Origin: Catajapyx aquilonaris | Taxonomy: Eukaryota | Direction: 5' to 3' | NCBI GenBank assembly: GCA_000934665.2 | Contig: KZ538237.1 | Coordinates: forward strand, 1 to 64,000 | Length of the DNA stretch: 64,000 bases | Part shown: positions 12,401-22,430 of the stretch, piece after piece | How positions within the stretch are numbered: the stretch's first letter is position 1 | Layout of the letters: the number at the start of each line of letters is the position of its first letter | The notes under the pieces: generated by a model | What the model was told of the DNA's origin: nothing | Databases searched by the model: none | What the model saw: only the letters and a program-made list of their open reading frames with translations | Position numbers and translations under genes: made by a program

Positions 12401-14076
12401 CCACCACACCCAGAGACTCAACTGAAGCTAGCTCGGACGCAGTCGTCAACAGCCACCTGCACTTCCTCACCAGCCTGCGATGTGATAACATCGCTTCTCC
12501 ATTGTCTTCTTGCTGTGTTTGTGACAAAAGACTGCGGCCATCTCCCAAGTGCCTTTGGAGATGCAGGTCATCGCCCAAGATTTGAAGCAGCCAGGTCACT
12601 TCGCCCAAAATGGAAGAAGCGACGTCACATCGCCAAAGATTTGGACATCGGGAATGTCACGTCTCTCCGTAAGGTCAGTACAGTGCAGTGATTGCTGTTC
12701 AGGTGTCACGTGTCAGGCGCGGTGACTCTTCGTTGATTATTCAGTGTGTAGCTAGGTAGATTTCACAGCTTTTCGAGTAGACTTGCACAAGATAAACATA
12801 GGAACAGTGATAGAGTCAGGTGGTCACTTCGGTATGATCAGTGAGGAGAGGATAGGTGGGTGGCAATACTTTGGCCAGGAGGTCATTGCGGGTCAGAGTT
12901 TGTAACTTGGCTTCGGTTGGAAAGTGACATTGCTCAGATAGCCGCCATTTTGTTTCACCCCCTGTCTCCGCAGATCAGGACATAGATGCACAGTCTGACT
13001 TCCAGTTAGAATGTTGAGGTTAATTTCTTCCCCCAGGGGGAGGTAACGGTCTAACTGAGGTACCTCAAGTTTGCCATGATGATGTCACCAAACAGTGCAT
13101 TCTTGACTAGTGTTTGTGTGGACATTGGACAAGACTCGTCCATAACGTACAGTACGTTATGCTGGAGGGTTTAGGCGGGTGGGGGGGGGGGGAGGGGAGA
13201 GATGTCCAGAGTAGTCATGGCGTTATTTCTGAGTGGAAAACGAGGGAGGGGAGAGGGTTGAAAGTTGGAGGAGGTGATTGTCCACAATAGCAGGGCGTTA
13301 TTTTTTTTTGTGTGGAGGGCGGTGTGGAGGGCAGCGTAACTCTGTGGGACATGGATGTGGGGGTGGGAGTCAAAAATCCAGATGTTAGCTGAACGGATTA
13401 TTTCATGAATGACATTTCATTCTTCAAGCAAATCATGCTGACACCTCCCCCATCCCCTAATGACGCAAGCTGTAACCACTCCGAGCCGCGAGGTCATCCG
13501 AAAGGTCATATCTCTCCGTAAGGCCGGTACTCGGCAGTCTACAGTCTTTTTGAGTATTCGGTCCAGTGACTCTTCGTTGTTTCTTTGTAGTACCAAGTAC
13601 AAGTTTGTTAGGTAGAATTTACATCTATTTATTCGAATAGACTATACTGTTCGACGTGTTCGTTGATTATTATTAACTGTGTAGGTTTGTTCGGTAGATT
13701 TCATGCCTGTTAGAGGGGACTTGCACAAGTTAAATGATAATAACAGTGATGGAGTCAGGTGGTCAGTTCGGTATGACCAGTGAGGAGGGAATATAGGGGG
13801 GGGGGGGGNGGGGGGGGGGGGTCGGTACTTTGGCTACGAGGTCACAGATGTTCAGAATTTGTTTTAGTTTCTGTCCGAAATTGTCATTGCTCGACTAACC
13901 GCTATTTTGATGTCGTGGACTTGTACAAGCTAAAGAATATGAACAGTGACGCATGCAGGCAGGTGGTTATCTGGGAGCAGGACGGAAAACTGATTATGTA
14001 ACCAGCCTCAGTGCATTGGCTACTGGAACATCTTGACCTTCAGAAGAGATGATTCACGCGCTCTCCTCCTTCCACG

Positions 14077-15807
14077 GACACTATCCAAGTGTCACTACCC
14101 GATTTTCGTGAAATTTGGTGCATTGGTGACCCACCCCAAAGGATGAAAAACGCACCCAAAGTGCCCTCCTCAAAATGACCCAGTGGCCCATTTTTTGGGG
14201 AGCAAAGGTCAACTCGTAAATGCCTAAAACTCACCGATTTTCTTGAAATTCGGTGCATTGGTAGCCCACCCCAAGGGATTAAAAACGCACCTAAAGTTAC
14301 CTGCTCAAAATGACCCTGTGACCCCTTCTTGAGGAGGGCAGGGGTCAACTCGTAAATTCCGAAAACTCTCCGATTTTCTTGAAATTTGGTGCATTCGTAG
14401 CCCACCCCAAGGGATTAAAAACGCACATAAAGGTACCTGCTCAAAATTATCATGTGACCACTTTTTAATGGGGGCAGAGGTCAACTTGTAAAATTCCTAC
14501 CGATTTTCTTGACATTTGGTGCGTTGGTAGCCCACCCCCAAAGTGTGAAAAGCGCACCTAAAGTTACCTGCTCAAAATGACCCTGTGACCCCTTCTTGAG
14601 GAGAGCAGAGGTCAACTCGTAAATTCCGAGAACTCCCCGCTTTTCTTGAAATTTGGTGCGGTAGCCCACCCCAAGGGATTAAAAACGAACCTATAGTGAC
14701 CTGCTCAAAATGACCATGTGACCCCTTTTTAAAGAGGGCAGAGCCTACTAGTAGATGTTTATTTTTTTAGACCGACAAAAGTTTTTGTGAAAACTGTCAG
14801 ACAGTGTCATCTTATTTTATGTTGATTGATGTGTAGCTACTTCACACGTGCAACAATCTCAGAAAGATGATGTCTCTGACCATGAACCAGTTTGAGTCCC
14901 CTCGATTCAGGCCCATGATACAGTACGCCTAGTTTAAAAGTGGGTAGTACATTGAGGACAGTATGTTTCATTTTGTCTTTAAAAAATTTCCATTGCTGTT
15001 TCTTTTGTTTTGCAAGTCAGTTTCGTCCAGTAAGAAAGCATTATTTTTGCTTCTGTCCAACGTTGCTTTATTGACATAAATATGTCTTGAGAAAATGTCA
15101 TTCAAATATTTTTCAGAAGTTGTACTTTATAGTAGGCTATACCCGTATTTATGTTCTCTTTTTGAGACATGTAGCACTGTCGGGAAAGCTTGTACGTCTG
15201 GCTACAGTGATGCCACTGTGTGATCAGCCACCAGTACGTTGCTAACCGAGATCTCTTGACATACTTCAAACTTGTGCATCGGGTAACTTACAGTGAGATA
15301 GTGTAAACTACAATATTTACAGAGGCTTGTGACAGGTTTCACACCATCCTGAAATGTTGCCAAAATAGGCCTTGCCGTGCCTTTCGTTTTGGTTAGTCAG
15401 CACATTCTGGGTATAAACTGCTTGATATTTCAAACATTTCACGATATTTCCTGGCTACTGGGGCGTCAGGTCATGACTTCGCATTAAATTTAGTTGAAGA
15501 TGCCGTCAAAAATTGGAATTTGGAGTTTTAGGAATTTTACGAGTTGACCTCTGCCTCCTCAAAATGTGGTCACATGGTCATTTTGAGCAGGTAATTTTAG
15601 GTACGTTTTTCATCCCTTGCACCAATGCACAGAATTTCAAGAAAATCGGCGAGTTTTCGGAAATTACGAGTTGACCTCTGCCGCCAAAGGGGCCACAGGG
15701 TCATTTTGAACAGGTTACTTTAGGTGCGTTTTTCATCCCTTGGGGTGAGCTACCAATGCAATGCACCAAATTTCAAGAAAATCGGGGAGTGACACTTGGA
15801 TAGTGTC
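14077..15807. mobile_element. Foldback-type DNA transposon with CACTA termini and ~135-bp subterminal tandem repeats
   Basis: GACACTATCCAAGTGTCACT(A)CCCGATTTTC..GAAATTTGGTGCATT at the left end is mirrored at 15762-15807. About 5 direct units (14098-14742) face about 2 inverted units (15530-15790). It splits block X of the array. No clear TSD. Confidence 0.85.
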
Positions 15808-17240
15808 TTCCAGAAACTTCTCGAAGTGGACTTTGTCCACTACACCCAGGGACGCAACCAAAATTAGCTCGGACATAGTCATCGTCGTCAGATATGATAT
15901 CTGCATATTTTATTCACCAGCCTCCGAAGTGATAACATCGTGCCTCCATTGTCTTCCCGCTGTGTATGTGACAAAAGACTGAGACCAACACCCAAGTGCT
16001 TTGTGGGTGCAGGTCATCGCACAAAACTTGAAGCAGCCAGGTCACATCGCCCGTCAGGTCATCCGGAAGGTCACATCTCTCCGTGAGATCAGTATACAGT
16101 TCAGTGTGTTCTTTTCAAGTGTCAGGCCCGATGACTGTTCCCGTGTAGGTTTGCTAGGTAGATTTCACACCTGTTCAAGTGGACTTGCACAAGTTAAAGG
16201 ACAGGAACAAAGCTGTAGTCAGGTAGTCAGTTCGGTATGACCAGTGAGGATAGGATAGGAGTGTGCCCGGGACTTTGAAACTACTTTGGTCAGGTGGTCA
16301 CAGCGCAGCGGTGCTGAGTTTTTATATTTATGATATGTGATCTCACTCTGAACAGTTGTGATGTCGCCTTCTGTCGGAAACGGTCCGAAACTGCCATTGC
16401 CTGACTAGCCGCCATTTTGTTCTTCGGGTTGGGCCTTATCGTACCAGATCAGGATAAAGAAGCAGCTTACCTGATTCCAAGTTAGAATGGTGAAGTCAAA
16501 TTTATTTTTCAATTGGAGGTAACGGTCCGTTAACTAGAATGACCCTATAGGTTTGCCCACAGTGCGTTCTTGTTACTAGCGTTAGTGTGGACAGGGCTCG
16601 TCCATAAAGTACAGTACGTTACATTGAACGTGGTGATGGGGGGAGGGGTTCCAGAGTTGCATTGTGTTGCCTTCGAAGGGAATGTGGACTGTGGAGGTCG
16701 AGGAAGTTGGGGGGTGGGTGCTGGGAGGATCAGTGTGATTAGAGTAAATCATGCTGATATACCTGGAATATTCGGTTTTTGACCACCCATTCCCACATCA
16801 CATAATCTGTGCCCACTCCCAGCAACGAGGTCATTCGGAATATCGCAAAATCAGATATGTCCCTATAAAGTCAGTGCCGGTCAGTGCAGTGCCTTGACTT
16901 CTTTTCGGGTGTCCGGCCCAGTGACTCTTCGTTGTTTCTTTGTATAAGTATCTGCGGTAGAATTTACACAGTCTATTATTATAGTGGACTTGCACATTAT
17001 GTTAAAAGATAGGAACATATAATTATTAATGCAGGAAGGTGGTTATCTTGACACAGGACGGAAAATGATTATGTAACCAGCCTCAATGCATTGGTGCGGC
17101 TGGAACATCATGACCTCCAGACGAGATTATTCATACTCCCCTCCCCTGCCACCCTCTTCTTCCAGAAGCTTCCAGAAATGGACTTTGTCCGCCACACACC
17201 AAGGCAAGCATCCGAAGCTAGGCGTCACCGGCTACATGTA

Positions 17241-17323
17241 CTATATCGCTTAAAATGATGGAGGTACTTTTGCATTATTTTGTATTAAATGCAAAATCGG
17301 CTCCATCTTTTTGAGGGTTATAG
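17241..17323. mobile_element. Diverged hairpin MITE, same family as 1158-1262
   Basis: CTATATCGCTTAAAATGATGGAG..TTTTGCATT / AATGCAAAA..CTCCATCTTTTTGAGGGTTATAG; TA flanks; absent from sister X blocks. Confidence 0.8.
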
Positions 17324-19840
17324 TAATTCGTCATCAGCCTCCGAAGTGATAGCCTCGTGCCTCCATTGTCTTCCTGCTGTGTGTGTGTGACAAAGGACTG
17401 CTAGGACGACACCCAAGTGCCTTTGTAGATGCAGGTCATCGCCCAAGACTTGAAGAATCGACATCACTTAGCCCAAGATTTGGTCACCGGGAAGGTCATA
17501 TATCTCTCCGTAAGGTCAGTACAGAGCAGTGATTTCTTTTCAAGTGTCAGGCCCGGTGACTGCTAGATTATTCAGTGTGTAGCTCGGTATAGATTTCACA
17601 CCTGTTACACTGGACTTGCACAAGTTAAAGAATAGGAACAGTGATGGGGTCAGATAGGCCTATAGTCAGTGCGCTGTGACCAGTGCAGTGAGAATGCTGG
17701 GAGCGTTGCCTGGACTTTGGCCAGGAGGTCACAACGGTTCAGAGTGTGTATACCATGTGACCTCACTGTGAATAGTTGTGATATCATGGCTTTTCTGTCC
17801 GAAACTGCCATTGCTGGACTAGCCGTCATTTTGTTTCCAGGGTTGGAGTTATCCTTCCTCAGATCGGGAAGTAGATGTACCGGTACTATCGGGACTGAAA
17901 TGTTGCGGACACTTGTCAGCCTACACTCAAGTATCCGTAGATCATTTCTGTACTGATCGTGCTGTACCTGTCTTCAGGTTAGAATTGCGAGGTTGATTGT
18001 CTTTTTTTGCAGATAGAGGTTACCATCCGTTAACTAAGGTGAACCCCGGAAGACTTCATCAAACAGTGTATTCTTGTTACTAGCGGTTGTGTGGACAAGG
18101 CTTGTCCATAACGTACCTTAGGCTGCATGGACGGGGTAACTGGGAGGGGGGTGTCCAGAGTAGCATTGTGTTTGAGGAGAGACAGCATGACTCTCCGGGA
18201 CATGTGGGTCAACAATCACGAATGTTAGCTGAAGTCGTAGGCCTATACTTAATCTCCTTCATTCGTAAAGCAAATTATCCCGATATTCAGCTATTTTGAC
18301 CCCTGCCCCGTTCACACCTCACACATATTAGAATTTTTACCGAACTCGTCAGGTGTTGTTATAGGAATTTTGAACGGACGTCACTGTGGCACCAACGCAC
18401 CTCCCCACCCCCGTACTATACTGCACCATGGCGTACTCTCTGTACGACCCCATGTCCATGCCAGGTCACTAGGTTTTTCCTACAGGATATCAGTAGGGTT
18501 TTTTTTAAATGACATGAACCAGCAGCGACTTTGGCCAAGAAAAATTCGGATGGCATATGTGATTAACGTCTGATTGTAGTTTTGTAATCAGACGTTTCCC
18601 ACATGTGTCCTTCCGGCTTTTGACGCCACTACTCCATTGTCTGCAAGTTTTTGTTATTTTTTCATAATGATCTTATGGAAAAAATTTACCGCGCTTTTTC
18701 AAATAATAGCCATCCCAATTTGCTGTAGCATACGGTATATATAGGATAGCATATCGCAGTGCAATTCTTTCAGGCTGTCACGCCCTGGACTGTTTGTTGA
18801 CTATGTGATAGTTTGCCGTGGCGATTTAAATACACTTATAAATCACTTTGGGAACTATCACCGATCAACGGATAGTAATGTTGGTCAGGACATTCTTCCC
18901 AATGAAGATTGAGATGGAGCCGTCCAGTAAATGGTCAAATCCAAGATGGACGCACAATCGAGTTTTGGCCTGTAGAAATTTATTATTTTACCAGCTATCT
19001 ACGCGATTGTTTAATCTGGGCGCCATCCACTATAATCATATACTTTTTTTTTGCATGTTAGGTACAGCGCAGTGGCCTTTTTGTGGATTGTGGCTGTTCG
19101 TCGGGTACAGTAGTTATGCGAGGAAGCTTTTTATAAGTATACCATCCCGCGTGATTACTGTACCCGAAGGATGGTGATTACGCAGTCAGATGGTCGCTGT
19201 ATACAAATACTTTCAATCAATGATGTAACAATGACCACGTAGTGTACACCGGATTATTTATATTATGATTTCATAATGATTTATGGCCAAGTACGTACTG
19301 GGTTTACGTAGTTCTGACTATTTCATTCAATTGCATTCTTAAATGAAGAGGAGGAAAGGAAGGAGATTTGGCTGGGCAATTAGCCTTACATCGTGTGTTT
19401 TAGAAGTGTGTGATATACTATAACCATACTTACAGAACTCGTGATGCAAGTCTTTTGTCCGTATTCAGCGCGATTCCTTGACCACCTCGCCATCTTGTTT
19501 GTAATATTTTGACCGACATATTGTCTTCCTAAAAATGAAGTGTCACTATTTAAACCCATTGTGACGTGTTTGAAGTAATGTAATATTTATAATGTGTTAT
19601 TTCCAGTGGTGGTGGATGGGCCTTGCCAGGGCAAGAGGCCACTGGCTATGGGTGTATTAAGTTTCTCATTATTTTCATGTGACTTAATCGCCCATGACCC
19701 TTGGCTTTTGTCCTCTACATATAGACACGACTCCATAGCCAGCTCGTCATCTTGTTTCTTATTTTTTGCGCATTTGCCCACTCAAAAATGATATTACGCC
19801 TGTTGAACTTGAATTTTGACTCGTTGCAGCAGGTTACGTA

Positions 19841-20785
19841 TGGACGTGTTCTTTCTAGCCTGAGATAGACCTGGAGACCTGGGCATGCAAAATCCTAGAA
19901 TAGTGGGTACTTTCTGCATACCATTTAGAACATGCACCAAATACCCGCTATTCTAGAATTTTTTGTCCACAATCATCTTGACCAGCGAGCCATCTTGTTG
20001 TCCATATTCTGTCGGTTAATGCCGTATGGACGTGTTATTTCTAGCCTGAGACAGACCTGGAGACTTGGGCATGCAAAATTCTAAAATAGTGGGTACTCCA
20101 TGCGTACCATTTAGAACATGCACAGAATATTCTCTATTTTAGAATTTTTTTGTCCACAATCATCTTGACCAGCGAGCCATTTTGTTGTCCATATTCTGAC
20201 GGTTAATGTCTTATGGACGTGTTCTTTCTAGCTTGTGATAGACCTGGAGACTTGCCTGGAGACATGGGCATGCAAAATCCTAGAGTAGTGGGTACTTTAT
20301 GCATACCATTTAGAACATGCACCAAATACCCACTATTTTAGAATTTTTTGTCCACAATCATCTTGACCAGCGAGCCATCTTGTCGTCCGGACGTGTTCTG
20401 TCTAGCGGCCTGCGATAGATCTAGAGACGGGCATGCAAAATCCTAGAATAGTGGGTATACTTTATGCATACAATTTAGAACATGCACCGAATACCCAGTA
20501 TTTTAGATTTTTTTCGTCCACAATCATCTTGACCAGCGACTCAGCGAGCCATCTTGTTGTCCATATTCTGTCGGTTAATGCCGTATGTGGACGTGTCCTT
20601 TCTAGCCTGAGATAGACCTGGAGACCTAGGCATGCAAAATTCTAGAATAGTGGCTACTCCATGCGTATTCCATCATTTAGAACATGCACAGAGTAGTCAC
20701 TGTTTTAGAATTTTTTTTTGACCACAATCATCTTGACCAGCGATTCAGCGAGCCATCTTGTTGTCCATATTCTGTCGGTTAATGA
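19841..20785. repeat. ~187-bp tandem satellite (5 well-conserved units), each with an internal hairpin
   Basis: Unit starts (t)ggacgtg at 19841, 20027, 20214, 20389 and 20588. Internal inverted repeat aaaatcctagaatagtgggta...tacccgctattctagaatttt. Degenerate units at ~19470-19770 and ~20870-21410. Confidence 0.93.
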
Positions 20786-20905
20786 CGATCTTATGCTTGA
20801 CTGAAACATTATTGGGTCTTTGAACCCAATATTGTGAAGTGTTGGCAGGTTACGCATGCATAATAATTAATGTTCTTTCCCAGAGTACTGAGAGTCGGGG
20901 ACTTG

Positions 20906-21035
20906 GAGCCGTATACTCATCAAGGTCACTCGCAATCGACAATGATGACCAGGGCAGGGCGAGGAGAATTGGCGACGTCATTTTGACGTCAATCGACTGT
21001 GTCGATTGCGAGTGACTTGGATGAGTATACGGCTC
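20906..21035. mobile_element. MITE with 3-bp TSD (Harbinger-like) inserted in a degenerate satellite unit
   Basis: 36-bp TIRs GAGCCGTATACTCATCAAGGTCACTCGCAATCGACA / TGTCGATTGCGAGTGACTTGGATGAGTATACGGCTC; TTG on both sides (20903-20905, 21036-21038). Confidence 0.85.
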
Positions 21036-21962
21036 TTGGCTATGCAAAACGCCTAGAATAATGGGCACATTATTGTTAGGCATATTTAATATCACATATT
21101 GTGCCCATTGTTCCAGACGTTTTGTTATCAGAAATCGACAGGACTACTTGACCAGCGAGCTATCTTGTTTTCAATACTGTCGGTTAATTTTCGACTGTAT
21201 TGGTCAGGCACCAGTTAAATATTATTTGAACCAAATAGTGACGTGACTGCATGTTACTTGTGGACATGTTTTCTTTTCAGTGAGCCTGAGCCTTAGACAC
21301 TTGAAAAATGTCGGTATAATAAGTCCGGGGGTGTCTCATAATTTGATTGAGCATACTGGACCTGTTATACCCGGAATTTTATCAAAATCGTCACCATCTT
21401 GACCAGCTTTCTACACTTTGGATATCCTACTTTACTATTTGCCTAAAAAAATCATGCCCGATCCTTTGAACCTAATGAGGGACCAGTTTACATACACTGC
21501 AGTCACATTTTTCCACAGGTGTTTGGCACAGTAAACTGTTTGTTGATTGCTAAAAAGTTGCACCTTACTTTTGTATATAAGTACTGTGCCTCCGTTTAGC
21601 AATCAAAGGATGGTATTTGTGGTGTGGCCAGGTGATCCAGGTATGCAGCTTGAAGATGAGTCTTAGAGGGAGAGGAGGCTGTAGAGAGAGTTGCAGCTTA
21701 TAATTTGAGATTTTAACGAATTGTGAGCTGTAATCTTCTCAGCTTTTTTTGTTCCCAAAATCGACGTCACCGATGGACCAGAACGTCATCAATATCTTCG
21801 ATGCATTGGAGATTTTTCATATTTTATATCAATAGGCGGACCAAAATATATTAATCGACCGGGAAAAGTAGAACCTATGTCCATATATTGTAGCATAGGC
21901 CCTGCATTTCTCGCGTGATTCGTATATGACTAAATGGTGGCCTTTACAGGTTTGAAAGGGGT

Positions 21963-21989
21963 GGTGGGTGGGTGGGTGGGTGGGTGGGT
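21963..21989. repeat. (GGGT)n microsatellite
   Basis: Direct reading of the sequence. Confidence 0.85.
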
Positions 21990-22069
21990 ATTTCAACTTG
22001 TACTGTGTTTTTTATTTATTATATTATATTATATAGCCTATTATTAGGGTTTTTCTTGTTTTTGGGCTG

Positions 22070-22430
22070 CATTTTTTAAATACCAATGATTGGACGTCGC
22101 TCACATATTAACTAAATTAAAGACTGTAACTTAAATCGAAATAAAATAGTGCGGCTGCCTTTTAAACCAAATTTGATGACTTTTTACTCGTTTCTTTTGA
22201 CAGCTTCCCAAATAATGGGTGGGAGGTGGGGGTAACTTGCAACAGTTGGATTTTCTACATTTTTACAGGTTTTTATTTCAGGCAATTTTTTTTTCAATCA
22301 AAAGGACTGGAGATAGCTCAAAATTAATATACCCCATGAAACTCTGTAACTTACATCGAAATAAAATAGTGCTGCTGCCTTTGAACCCAATTTTACGCAT
22401 TTTTACGATTTTCTCCACAGCTTCCTAGAT
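22070..22430. repeat. Two diverged ~220-bp tandem copies
   Basis: ctgtaactta.atcgaaataaaatagtgc.gctgccttt...acagcttcc at ~22123 and ~22345. Confidence 0.75.

Larger units (their letters stand above)
1..18320. repeat. Degenerate modular higher-order tandem array (~1.3-1.6 kb units), interrupted by transposons; probably continues left of the window
   Basis: The same blocks recur in the same orientation: X (caggcaggtggttatc...catcgcccaag), S (ctccgtaaggtcagtacagtgcagtga...ggacttgcacaagttaaag; near 6531, 7657, 8110, 9427, 10272, 10706, 11446, 12073, 12666, 13515, 16080, 16861, 17507), Y (ggtcagttcggtatgac...gccgccattttg...gtaacggtccgttaac...gtggacagggctcgtcc) and Z (G-rich...ggtcaaacatcc...gcgaggtcatcc). 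1-161 and 4662-4885 are two halves of one unit split by an insertion. Confidence 0.93.

Noticed and set aside
6208..12691. Plus-strand ORFs with (RSHRPRLEAA)n or SSCCVCDK as a gene family
   Set aside because: They are translations of block X; frames and stops differ between copies, and there is no consistent start or splice structure.
5927..18320. CRISPR-like repeat-spacer array
   Set aside because: The intervening blocks are themselves repeated and hundreds of bp long, repeats are not constant, there are no cas genes and the context is eukaryotic.
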